From the NCBI GenBank assembly GCA_049602435.1, contig JBMYRO010000001.1, forward strand, positions 62,456-126,455: a stretch of DNA of 64,000 nucleotides. The letters run 5' to 3'. A program made the position numbers and the translations under genes. The DNA comes from Hyphomicrobiales bacterium (GTDB lineage Bacteria; Pseudomonadota; Alphaproteobacteria; Rhizobiales; TMED25). This document shows positions 46,897-56,094 of this stretch, piece by piece (position 1 is the first letter of the stretch; the number at the start of each line of letters is the position of its first letter). The notes below the pieces were generated by a model that searched no databases, was not told where the DNA came from, and was given only the letters and a program-made list of their open reading frames with translations.

Positions 46897-47384
46897 TTTG
46901 GTAACTTATTTAATTTAAATTTTTTATAGGCAACACTAGCATGATGCTCACAATAGGGCATCCCACTCAAAGACTGATGACCACAAAAATGGAAATCCTC
47001 TTCACCTGGGTCTCCAATGGGCCATTTACAGTGATTTTCAGTAAGATTTAGAATTGTTACTGAAAAATTATCAGGAATAGCTTTAATTGATGGGAAATTA
47101 GGTTTTATTGTTTCTGTTTTATATCCAAATTCTGACTCATCAATTTCAGATTCTTTAAATGCCAAATTTCCTGAATAACTTACTGACATGACATTTGCAT
47201 CAAGTTGACCAACTACAATTTGTTTCTTTTGGGGTTTAGCTCTTGCTTCAAGACCCAAACGATGAACTTTACCAATAACCGCATTACGTGTTACATCACC
47301 AAGACGGTTTGCGATTTGGCTCGCACTTAAGCCTTCGCTCCAAAGCTTTTTTAATTGCTCTACTCTTTCGTCTGTCCAAGCCAT
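46893..47384 (-). CDS. gcrA: Cell-cycle regulator GcrA
   Basis: MAWTDERVEQLKKLWSEGLSASQIANRLGDVTRNAVIGKVHRLGL at the N-terminus and CKWPIGDPGEEDFHFCG at the C-terminus are both GcrA hallmarks. Confidence 0.88.
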   Translation of the reverse strand: MAWTDERVEQLKKLWSEGLSASQIANRLGDVTRNAVIGKVHRLGLEARAKPQKKQIVVGQLDANVMSVSYSGNLAFKESEIDESEFGYKTETIKPNFPSIKAIPDNFSVTILNLTENHCKWPIGDPGEEDFHFCGHQSLSGMPYCEHHASVAYKKFKLNKLPN

Positions 47385-47527
47385 AGCAGTACCTCAAATT
47401 GTAATTATAATGAAATCAATATGTTGTTGTATTAACCACACTTAATAGTACTACATTTACGCAAAAACATAACTTTTATGTGTTGTTTTCAACAGAGATA
47501 AGTACTATAAATACATGCAATTAAACC

Positions 47528-48337
47528 ATGAATAATACACTAAAAAATTCTAGCAAAAGAAAAGAAATTGGTCTGGTCAATTGGCTTGGTTTATACACAC
47601 AAATACAACGTGAAATTAGAAGGTTTCTAAAAGTTTGGCAACAAACTGTGTTCGGACCCCTAATGACAGCTTTGCTTTTTTTGTTTGTTTTTTCAGTTGC
47701 AATAGGAAAAGCACGACCAGAAATCTTTGGAATGCCTTTTTCTCATTTCTTGGCCCCAGGTATAATTATGATGATGATATTACAGAATGCTTTTGCGAAT
47801 ACATCATCATCGATAGTTAGCGGAAAAATTCAAGGAAATATCGTAGACCTCCTGCTCCCACCAATGAATGCAGTAGAACTAACCATAGGATATGTTGCGG
47901 GTGGCGTTGTACGAGGATGTTTGATTGCATTGATTGGCTTCTGTATTATTACACTTTTTTTGAAAATTGATTTTTATAGCATTTTTATCATACTATACTA
48001 TTCTCTCATGGGCTCACTTTTCATGAGTCTAATTGGTATTATTGGTGGTTTATGGGCAGAAAAATTTGATCACATGGGGGCAGTTACAAACTTTATTATA
48101 ACCCCAATGACATTTTTATCTGGTACATTTTATTCTATAAGAGATCTCCCACAAAATATACAAACTATAGCTCAATATAATCCTTTTTTTCAGGCCATAG
48201 ATGGCTTTAGATATGGAATCACCGGACATGCAGATGGTAATTTATTACTGGGTGGCTTGTGCTTGATGTTATTGAATATAATTCTATTTTCAATCAGCTG
48301 CTATTTATTTCATATCGGTTACAAATTGAAGTCATGA
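47528..48337 (+). CDS. ABC-2 type transporter permease (YadH-like)
   Basis: 269 aa with six predicted TM segments and an ABC-2 family pattern. No adjacent ATPase gene. Confidence 0.75.
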   Translation: MNNTLKNSSKRKEIGLVNWLGLYTQIQREIRRFLKVWQQTVFGPLMTALLFLFVFSVAIGKARPEIFGMPFSHFLAPGIIMMMILQNAFANTSSSIVSGKIQGNIVDLLLPPMNAVELTIGYVAGGVVRGCLIALIGFCIITLFLKIDFYSIFIILYYSLMGSLFMSLIGIIGGLWAEKFDHMGAVTNFIITPMTFLSGTFYSIRDLPQNIQTIAQYNPFFQAIDGFRYGITGHADGNLLLGGLCLMLLNIILFSISCYLFHIGYKLKS

Positions 48338-48410
48338 CTAAATTGAATGTAATTGACTAAATAATTTTTAATATTAAAATATCCAATTTAACTCAAAATA
48401 ATTTTACTCA

Positions 48411-49586
48411 ATGAATAATTCAGTAGCCAAAACGTACAACAGGAAAAATGTTTCATTTTCTCATGGGAATGGAATTTATTTATATACTGCTGATGGTGAT
48501 AAATATATGGACCTTGCAGCAGGAATTGCTGTGAATATACTAGGGCATTCAAATGAAAAACTCATCGAAGCCCTGAAAGTCCAAGCTGATAAATTATGGC
48601 ATGTCTCAAACCTCTATAATATTGAAGGGCAACAGAAACTCGCACAGAAATTAACATTAAGCTCATTTGCTGATAAAGTTTTTTTCTGTAACTCTGGGGC
48701 AGAAGCTGTTGAGTGTACAATAAAAGCTGCAAGAAGGTACCATTTTAACAAAGGTAATAATGATAAATCCAAAATCATAACTTTTAAGGGTTCGTTCCAC
48801 GGCAGAACTCTGGGAACCATAGCCGCTGCAAATAATAGCTCACACCTAGAGGGTTTTGGGCTCCCTTTACAGGGGTTCGTAAATATTGAACGAAATAATC
48901 TTGATGAATTAAAAAGCTCTATAAATGATACTATTGCAGCAATATTAATCGAACCTATCCAAGGTGAAGGGGGTATAAACACCTTTGACGAGAACTTCAT
49001 CATTGAAGTAAACAATATTGCAAAAGCAAACGATATTTTAATCCTATTTGATGAAGTTCAATGCGGAATGGGAAGAACTGGCAAATTATTTGCACACGAG
49101 TGGTTTGATGTTAATCCTGATGTGATGGCACTTGCAAAAGGATTAGGTGGAGGATTTCCAATTGGAGCCTGCCTTATGACTGATGCAGTAGCAAATGCCC
49201 TTGGCCCTGGAACTCACGGTTCAACTTTTGGAGGAAACCCCCTTGCTTCAGCTGTAGGTAACTGTGTTATGGATATTGTAAATAACAATAGCTTCTTAGC
49301 TGAAGTTGAAGAAAAAGGTAAAATCTTTAATTCAAAATTAAATAAGCTCAAAGCTGGGAGTAACCTAATTAGTGAGATTAGGGGATTAGGATTAATGATT
49401 GGCATACAGTTTAATATCGATAGCAGTATCGTTGCAAACAAACTATTCGAAAAAAATCTGTTAACAGTGGGTGCCGGAGATAACGTCATAAGACTACTCC
49501 CACCTTTAAATATCTCAAAATCAGAGATAGATGAAGTAATTGATATTCTTGATATTACTCTGAGAGAAATCCAAGCAAATGGTTAG
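48411..49586 (+). CDS. argD: Acetylornithine (succinyldiaminopimelate-type) aminotransferase, class III PLP enzyme
   Basis: 391 aa. FFCNSGAEAVE, DEVQCGMGRTG and STFGGNPLA motifs are present. It lies adjacent to argF. Confidence 0.88.
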   Translation: MNNSVAKTYNRKNVSFSHGNGIYLYTADGDKYMDLAAGIAVNILGHSNEKLIEALKVQADKLWHVSNLYNIEGQQKLAQKLTLSSFADKVFFCNSGAEAVECTIKAARRYHFNKGNNDKSKIITFKGSFHGRTLGTIAAANNSSHLEGFGLPLQGFVNIERNNLDELKSSINDTIAAILIEPIQGEGGINTFDENFIIEVNNIAKANDILILFDEVQCGMGRTGKLFAHEWFDVNPDVMALAKGLGGGFPIGACLMTDAVANALGPGTHGSTFGGNPLASAVGNCVMDIVNNNSFLAEVEEKGKIFNSKLNKLKAGSNLISEIRGLGLMIGIQFNIDSSIVANKLFEKNLLTVGAGDNVIRLLPPLNISKSEIDEVIDILDITLREIQANG

Positions 49587-50508
49587 TAAAAAACAATATC
49601 CAATGAGAAACTTTATTAATCTCCATGAAATTGATAAAGAGGACTTAAATACAATTTTAAATTTTGGTTTAAAAGTAAAAGCAGATCCAAGCAAATCATT
49701 CGATCTATTAAAAAATAAATCATTCATACTTCTTTTTGATAAACCATCTACTAGAACAAGAATTTCATTTGAAGTTGCTATATCTCAATTAGGTGGTCAT
49801 TGTATATTCTTAGACACAAAAACATCCCAACTGGGCCGTGGTGAGTCGATTAAAGATACAGCGAAGGTGATGTCAAGGTATTTGGATGGGATTATTATAC
49901 GAAATGCAAATCATGATGAACTAATAGAATTTTCTGATAACTCTGATATTCCTGTTATTAATGCCCTAACGGATATGAGTCATCCATGTCAAATTATGGC
50001 TGATTTAATGACTCTAAAAGAACATTTTGGTACTATTGAAGATCTTAATATTACATGGATAGGAGACGGAAATAATGTTGCTAACACATGGATACAAGCC
50101 TCATCTATATTTAATTTTAAATTAAATATGGCAATACCAAAGAACCTTATGCCTCACCAAGAATATATAGAACATGCAAAAAAAAATAATGCTAATTTAA
50201 CAGTTACCCAAGATATTACTAGTGCTATTAATTCAGCAAATTGTATAGTAACAGACACCTGGGTATCAATGAATGATTTGGAAACAGAACGATTAGCAAA
50301 AATTAAAATGCTCAAGGATTATCAAGTAAATATGGAGTTACTGCAAAAATCTCCTGATGATGCAATATTCTTACATTGTTTACCAGCGCATAGGGGTGAA
50401 GAAGTTACAGATGAAGTTATTGATAGCTCACAGTCACTAGTTTATGATCAAGCTGAAAATAGACTGCATATACAAAAAGCAGTTTTAAAATATTGCTTAA
50501 ATATCTAG
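49579..50508 (+). CDS. argF: Ornithine carbamoyltransferase
   Basis: STRTR (KPSTRTRISFE), HPCQ and HCLP motifs. ATG 49579 overlaps the argD stop, and ATG 49603 (MRNFINL...) is an alternative start. Confidence 0.9.
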   Translation: MVSKKQYPMRNFINLHEIDKEDLNTILNFGLKVKADPSKSFDLLKNKSFILLFDKPSTRTRISFEVAISQLGGHCIFLDTKTSQLGRGESIKDTAKVMSRYLDGIIIRNANHDELIEFSDNSDIPVINALTDMSHPCQIMADLMTLKEHFGTIEDLNITWIGDGNNVANTWIQASSIFNFKLNMAIPKNLMPHQEYIEHAKKNNANLTVTQDITSAINSANCIVTDTWVSMNDLETERLAKIKMLKDYQVNMELLQKSPDDAIFLHCLPAHRGEEVTDEVIDSSQSLVYDQAENRLHIQKAVLKYCLNI

Positions 50509-51575
50509 ATTAAATAACTATTTACCATATTTGCAACAAAACGCATGCCTGATTTAATATCTTCTATCAAGATATACTCATCTGATTTGTGTGCTTGTTT
50601 AATATCTCCCGGACCACAGACAATCGTTTGCCAACCTTGATTTGAAAAATAACCTGCATCAGTTCCGTATGATACACCACTTGGAGTATTTGTTTTTGTT
50701 ATTAGATCATCTAATATATTAGAATTAGTTGATTTTTCCAAAGGAAGTATATTAGAAATATTCCTATTAATTATGTGAGCTGTTTTACTTTTAGCTTTCA
50801 TATCTGACTCAATATTGGGAATAATATTTTCAAATAACCCCCTAAGTAAAATATTATGATCTGACTCTGGCAAGCATCTTATCTGCCATAGTATTTTTAC
50901 ATAATCAGGTACTATATTATGAGCATTACCTCCCTGAATTACGCCGATATTTATTGTTGAATATGGTGGATTAAAATTCTCATCTCTATTTTCTTCTTTA
51001 AGTTGGATTTCAATTTCCTTGAGCTTTTCAATAAAAATTGATGCAAAATAAATAGCATTACAACCCCAAGATGGATCACAGGAGTGAGCCTTTAATCCAA
51101 AAAACTCTGTTTGATAGGTATGGCAACTTTTATGTCTATCAATTATTTGTAATTTTGTAGGTTCACCAACAATGACAAGCTTTGGTTCTTGTATTTTGTT
51201 CTTAATGCTCTCTATAAGTGGTTGAACACCCAAACAACCAACCTCTTCATCATAACTCAATGCCACATGAAATGGATTGGATAGATTATTTGAAATCAAC
51301 CAAGGTGTTAGGGATAGCAAAATAGAAATGAATCCTTTCATATCAGTTGTGCCCCGACCTATATACTTATTATCTCTAATATTCAGAGTATAAGGATCAG
51401 TAGACCATTGAGATTTGTCAACGGGCACTGTGTCAGTGTGGGCTGAAAATATCAGCCCTTTTTGACTCTCTTCACCAATTGAATAAAATATAGAAGCTTT
51501 TGATCTATCCTCATTATATATTTTTGCCGGATCAATTTCATAACCAGACAAAAAATCACAAATATAATTAACCAA
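50505..51575 (-). CDS. M20-family deacylase, acetylornithine deacetylase (ArgE)-like
   Basis: M20 motifs (SAHTDTVP, RGTTDMKG, SYDEEVG). The coordinates follow the track's TTG. A conserved ArgE-type N-terminus (ALSLQREILEKLVSFDTTSEKSNIELVNYI) continues in frame upstream to 51677 with no canonical start. Confidence 0.8.
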   Translation of the reverse strand: MVNYICDFLSGYEIDPAKIYNEDRSKASIFYSIGEESQKGLIFSAHTDTVPVDKSQWSTDPYTLNIRDNKYIGRGTTDMKGFISILLSLTPWLISNNLSNPFHVALSYDEEVGCLGVQPLIESIKNKIQEPKLVIVGEPTKLQIIDRHKSCHTYQTEFFGLKAHSCDPSWGCNAIYFASIFIEKLKEIEIQLKEENRDENFNPPYSTINIGVIQGGNAHNIVPDYVKILWQIRCLPESDHNILLRGLFENIIPNIESDMKAKSKTAHIINRNISNILPLEKSTNSNILDDLITKTNTPSGVSYGTDAGYFSNQGWQTIVCGPGDIKQAHKSDEYILIEDIKSGMRFVANMVNSYLI

Positions 51576-51678
51576 CTCAATATTTGATTTCTCACTTGTG
51601 GTATCAAAAGAGACTAACTTTTCTAGTATTTCTCTTTGAAGGGATAATGCTTGATTAAAATTAATTTGTAATGAGATA

Positions 51679-53124
51679 TCACTGCCTCCAGAAGTATGAT
51701 GTAAATATCACCATTACTGTAAGAATTTCAAGTCTTCCAAGTAACATGGCAAATGATAATATCCACTTTGAAATTGAGTCGATTGAAGCATAAGTTTCTG
51801 TTGGGCCCACAATAGCGCCTAGTCCCGGACCAACATTAGATATTGCGCTTGCTGAGGCTGAAAATGCTGTTATTAAATCCAATCCCAATAGGCTCAAGAC
51901 TAATCCGATGATGACAAAAGAAAGAATAAATAGGAGAAAAAATGATGTCACTGCTTTACTAACGTTTTCAGGAATTTCTTTTCCATTATATAGAGGTACT
52001 AACACTGCATCAGGAAATGCAATTTTCTTAGTTTGGATTATAACTTGCTTATACAGAATTTGTACTCTGAACACCTTAAGACCACACGATGTTGACCCAG
52101 CACATCCTCCAATGAGCATAAGTATAAAAAATAGTGAGACTATAAAAGGTCCCCATTCCATATAATCAGCTGAGACATAGCCAGTGCCTGTTAATATTGA
52201 AGTAACATTGAATAAAGACTTACGAATAGAATCAGCGCTACTTATATCTGCATTATTTTGAATATATAAAGCACATAATATTACGGATACTAATAAAATC
52301 GTGAAAAAGGCTAACACTTGGCTATCTAAAAATAAACTAGATGCTTTACCTCTCGCAAATTGCAAATACAATACGAATGGAAGACTGCCTACTATCATAA
52401 ATAATACAGCTATATACTCCAAATTACTATTTGAGAAATAAGCAAACGAATCTGTGTGAGTAGAATATCCACCAGTTGAGATTGTGGTTAATGAATGTGC
52501 TAAAGAATCAAATAATCCCATACCACCGATGTTATATGCTAGTGCACATGACATTGTAATTATTAAATATAATAATACCAATGATCCTGCTAGTTGTGTT
52601 GCTCTGGGTAAGATTTTTTCTGCATTATCGGATGACTCAAGTCTAAACAATTGCATTCCTCCAACTTGCAACATTGGTAAAACTGCAACGGCCATCACAA
52701 TAATTCCAATACCACCTAACCACTGTAATAATGCTCTCCAAATAAGTATGCCCTTTGATTGAATCTCAAGGTTTTGAATTACAGTCGCACCAGTAGTAGT
52801 GATGCCAGACATTGACTCAAAAAATGAGTCTGTAAAGCTCAGCCCAGAGTCTGAAATATATATTGGAATGGATGAAAAAATTGCTATCAATACCCAAGTT
52901 AATGTCGTCAATAGGAATGCTTCACGCAATCCTAGTTGTTGTTCTTTACCCCATACTGATAAGATTAAAATAAATCCTGTAAGACTAGTAATTAAGGAAG
53001 AAAGTATGAAGACTCTATAATTTTGACTTCCATACAAACCATCAATTAGAGCTGGGAATAACATAGAAAATCCTAGAATCAATAGGAATATGCCAATTAT
53101 TTTTATTACCGGATAAAACTTCAT
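51679..53124 (-). CDS. trkH: Trk-type potassium uptake protein TrkH
   Basis: 481 aa, polytopic, with repeated selectivity-filter-like segments (TTTGATV, ISTGGYS, LTGTGYV, NVGPGLG). Confidence 0.88.
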   Translation of the reverse strand: MKFYPVIKIIGIFLLILGFSMLFPALIDGLYGSQNYRVFILSSLITSLTGFILILSVWGKEQQLGLREAFLLTTLTWVLIAIFSSIPIYISDSGLSFTDSFFESMSGITTTGATVIQNLEIQSKGILIWRALLQWLGGIGIIVMAVAVLPMLQVGGMQLFRLESSDNAEKILPRATQLAGSLVLLYLIITMSCALAYNIGGMGLFDSLAHSLTTISTGGYSTHTDSFAYFSNSNLEYIAVLFMIVGSLPFVLYLQFARGKASSLFLDSQVLAFFTILLVSVILCALYIQNNADISSADSIRKSLFNVTSILTGTGYVSADYMEWGPFIVSLFFILMLIGGCAGSTSCGLKVFRVQILYKQVIIQTKKIAFPDAVLVPLYNGKEIPENVSKAVTSFFLLFILSFVIIGLVLSLLGLDLITAFSASASAISNVGPGLGAIVGPTETYASIDSISKWILSFAMLLGRLEILTVMVIFTSYFWRQ

Positions 53125-53141
53125 TTGTTTATTTAAGATAT

Positions 53142-53507
53142 CTAGATATCAAAAGATCCAATTTGTTGAAAATATAAATTATTAGTATGAATATTTGTAA
53201 CTTCAATATTTGAATTTGATAATATGTAATTTATATCCCCTGAATGGGCATGAAAATAATTTTCCTTTTCATTCTCACCTTCGTGTGAGAAATTTAAATG
53301 ACACCCATTTACGGCCTCAGGATGACAGTCCTCAATAACCTTTGAACTTTCATTCTTGATACTATTGTACTCAACTAGCTTGTTTGAAAAAACGATGTAG
53401 GAAAAATATTTAAAATTTCTATGCAATAAATCTTGAAATTCTTCGAATTGATTTTCTTTACAATCTGTTTGCAAAGATTTTATATTTTTTATATGTGATC
53501 TATTCAT
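53142..53507 (-). CDS. Hypothetical soluble protein (121 aa, His/Cys-rich centre)
   Basis: The ORF is packed between metZ (6-nt gap) and trkH (17-nt gap) on the same strand. I recognise no family. It has no TM segment or signal peptide. Confidence 0.5.
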   Translation of the reverse strand: MNRSHIKNIKSLQTDCKENQFEEFQDLLHRNFKYFSYIVFSNKLVEYNSIKNESSKVIEDCHPEAVNGCHLNFSHEGENEKENYFHAHSGDINYILSNSNIEVTNIHTNNLYFQQIGSFDI

Positions 53508-53513
53508 AATTAT

Positions 53514-54710
53514 TTATTTTACTACAGATGTAGCAAAATTCAAATCGTCAATAATATCAGAAATATCTTCAAGTCCAACAGATAATCTAAGAGTGTTATC
53601 TGTTATTCCCAAAACAGCTTTGTCTTCAGCAGAAACACTACGGTGGGTTGTTGTAGATGGGTGAGTAATAAGGCTTTTTGTATCGCCCAGATTATTCGAT
53701 ATTTTTATAATTTCTAATTTGTTAAGAAAACTAAATGCTTCCTCCTTACCGCCTTTTATTTTGAATGTAACCAAAGGTCCACCACCGCTCATTTGTTTTT
53801 GTGCAATTTCAAATTGTGGATGATCCTTGTGACCAGGATAAATTACCTGAGAAACTTCTGATAAGGTTTTTAAATGCTCAGCAATTAAATTTGCATTTTC
53901 TATTTGCCTATCAGTTCTAACACCCAAGGTTTCTAAACCTTTCATCATTACCCAGGCATTAAATGGGCTTAATGCTGGCCCAGTATGTTTTAAATAATCA
54001 TGAAGTTTATTTTCAATAAATTCAGCTTCTCCTAGGATTACTCCCCCTAAACATCTACCCTGCCCATCTATATGTTTCGTTGCGGAATAAATAACAATAT
54101 CAGCGCCAAGCTCGAGTGGTCGTTGTCTCAATGGAGTCGCAAAAACATTATCAATAATAACTTTAATTTCATTTTCTTTTGCTAAATTGGAAATAGCCTC
54201 TATATCTAATATTTCGAGCATTGGATTTGTTGGTGTTTCAAAGAAAAATACTTTTGTATTTTTCTTGATCGCTTTTTTCCAAGCTTCAATATTTGTTGCC
54301 CTCACAATCGTTACTTCAATGCCATAATTTGGAAGAATATCTTTCAGTATAGAGAGGCATGAACCAAAAATTGCATCCGCGCCAACAATATGATCTCCAG
54401 CTTGCACATTTGTAAAGAGAGACCAAAATACTGCAGCCATTCCTGAAGCAGTTAATCTTGCTGCCTGAGCTCCTTCCATCTCACATAATTTTGTTTGAAG
54501 CATAGACAAATTAGGATTTGAGTACCTACTGTAAATATAACCATCAATTTCTCCATTGAATCTAGCCTCTGCTTCTTCCGCTGAGCTATATACATAGCCT
54601 GATGTTAAATAAATCGCTTCTGAAGTTTCATTATTTTGAGATCTCAAAGATCCATCATGGATGAACTTTGTTTGTATATTTAAATTTCTTTCTTTCAATT
54701 TCTTTGCCAT
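53514..54710 (-). CDS. metZ: O-succinylhomoserine sulfhydrylase-like Cys/Met-metabolism PLP enzyme
   Basis: 398 aa. The PLP lysine region is YSATKHIDGQG. There is full-length resemblance to alphaproteobacterial MetZ. Sequence reading alone cannot separate MetZ from MetB or MetY. Confidence 0.85.
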   Translation of the reverse strand: MAKKLKERNLNIQTKFIHDGSLRSQNNETSEAIYLTSGYVYSSAEEAEARFNGEIDGYIYSRYSNPNLSMLQTKLCEMEGAQAARLTASGMAAVFWSLFTNVQAGDHIVGADAIFGSCLSILKDILPNYGIEVTIVRATNIEAWKKAIKKNTKVFFFETPTNPMLEILDIEAISNLAKENEIKVIIDNVFATPLRQRPLELGADIVIYSATKHIDGQGRCLGGVILGEAEFIENKLHDYLKHTGPALSPFNAWVMMKGLETLGVRTDRQIENANLIAEHLKTLSEVSQVIYPGHKDHPQFEIAQKQMSGGGPLVTFKIKGGKEEAFSFLNKLEIIKISNNLGDTKSLITHPSTTTHRSVSAEDKAVLGITDNTLRLSVGLEDISDIIDDLNFATSVVK

Positions 54711-54859
54711 TTCCGCGCATTCACAACTTTTTAGTTAAAATTAAAACATAATTAGAATTAAAAAACTAATTTTCAAAACAACCTTTTATTTGAATAATAT
54801 GTATATCTAAATGTTGTTTAATTTAGCTACATTTAGCTATTTATATACTCATTTTTATG

Positions 54860-54865
54860 TATAAT
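54860..54865 (+). promoter_or_regulatory. Candidate -10 box upstream of the dCTP deaminase-like gene
   Basis: A perfect TATAAT lies 18 nt before ATG 54883. There is no convincing -35 box. A tandem 10-nt repeat sits at 54821-54840. Confidence 0.3.
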
Positions 54866-54882
54866 GATACAAAAAAGTTACC

Positions 54883-56070
54883 ATGAGACTATTAAACGAA
54901 AATATTCAACACCCCGATAATGAAGAAAATAAAAATCAGAACTTGACTGGTGCCAGTGGTATCCTCCCATACAGCCTTATTAAAACTCTAATAACTAGGA
55001 AAAAGATTCAATCAATAGATCCAATCCCTGAACAACAAATTCAACCTGCAAGTCTTGATTTAAGATTGGGTAAAAAAGCTTATAGAATTCGCGCAAGTTT
55101 CATACCAAATAGTGATAAAACTGTTCTTGAATGTGCTAGAGACCTTATTGATCATGAGTTCGAAATTGAAAGCGGCGCAGTCTTGGAAAGAAATTGTGTA
55201 TATTTAGTAGAATTGAAAGAATTTCTTGAGCTACCAGAAAGTATTTGGGCCATTGCAAATCCAAAGAGTTCAACAGGCAGATTAGATGTTTTTACTAGAA
55301 TAATTGCAGATAAAACTCAATCTTTTGATAAAATAGCTCCTGGGTACAATGGACCATTGTATGCGGAAATATCACCTCATAAGTATTCAATCATTATTCG
55401 TGAAAATTCTCGTCTTAGCCAGCTCAGATTTATCAGAAAAAACCCATCCCAATTAGAACAACAAAGATCAATAATTTCTGATAGAGAACTCAAATTATTA
55501 CACAAAGAACTCTCAAATAAATATAATGGGTTCGGTCTTGTAAATGGGGTTGCAAGGATATCAGATGGACTACAACTAGGAGTGTCCTTGAGCAGTTCTG
55601 ATAAAATAATCGGATATAAGGCAAAGCATTACACTCCTCCAATAGATCTTGATAGGATTGGCTATTATAATAAGAATGAATATTGGGATCCAATATTTGA
55701 AAACGAAAAGAAAAGATTAGTTTTAGATCCAAATGAATTTTATATTTTGGCTTCAAGTGAGTATGTAAGAATACCTGCGGAATATGCCGCTGAAATGGTG
55801 CCGATCGATCCATCTATGGGTGAACTAAGAGTTCATTACGCAGGCTTTTTTGACCCGGGCTTTGGTGATGCTGAAGATTTAAGTAAAGGTAGTAAAGGCG
55901 TTTTGGAAGTTAGAAGTCTCGATGTCCCATTCTACATTGAAGACAACCAAATAATTGCAAGATTAAAATATGAGAAGCTTGCAGAACCTCCATCAAAGTT
56001 GTATGGTACCGACATTGGCTCAACTTATCAATCTCAAGGATTAAAGTTGTCAAAACATTTTCATGATTAA
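54883..56070 (+). CDS. 2'-deoxycytidine 5'-triphosphate deaminase, long two-domain form
   Basis: 395 aa. dCTP deaminase/dUTPase-fold motifs appear twice (QIQPASLDLRLG..., ANPKSSTGRLDVF, and a C-terminal VHYAGFFDPGF region). Confidence 0.8.
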   Translation: MRLLNENIQHPDNEENKNQNLTGASGILPYSLIKTLITRKKIQSIDPIPEQQIQPASLDLRLGKKAYRIRASFIPNSDKTVLECARDLIDHEFEIESGAVLERNCVYLVELKEFLELPESIWAIANPKSSTGRLDVFTRIIADKTQSFDKIAPGYNGPLYAEISPHKYSIIIRENSRLSQLRFIRKNPSQLEQQRSIISDRELKLLHKELSNKYNGFGLVNGVARISDGLQLGVSLSSSDKIIGYKAKHYTPPIDLDRIGYYNKNEYWDPIFENEKKRLVLDPNEFYILASSEYVRIPAEYAAEMVPIDPSMGELRVHYAGFFDPGFGDAEDLSKGSKGVLEVRSLDVPFYIEDNQIIARLKYEKLAEPPSKLYGTDIGSTYQSQGLKLSKHFHD

Positions 56071-56094
56071 ATATTTTTTTAGTGTCACATATTA

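Noticed and set aside
47432-47445. A CtrA-box-like TTAACCACACTTAA upstream of gcrA and the ABC-2 permease.
   Set aside because: The spacer is 6 nt, not the 7 nt of TTAA-N7-TTAAC. TTAA is very frequent in this AT-rich DNA.
54711-54800. A possible SAM-II/SAM-V riboswitch in the metZ 5' leader (minus strand).
   Set aside because: Reading the reverse complement, I could not recognise the conserved pseudoknot core (U-rich strand plus 3' AAAGC pairing) or any GC-supported helices. A covariance-model scan (SAM-II, SAM-V) would be decisive.
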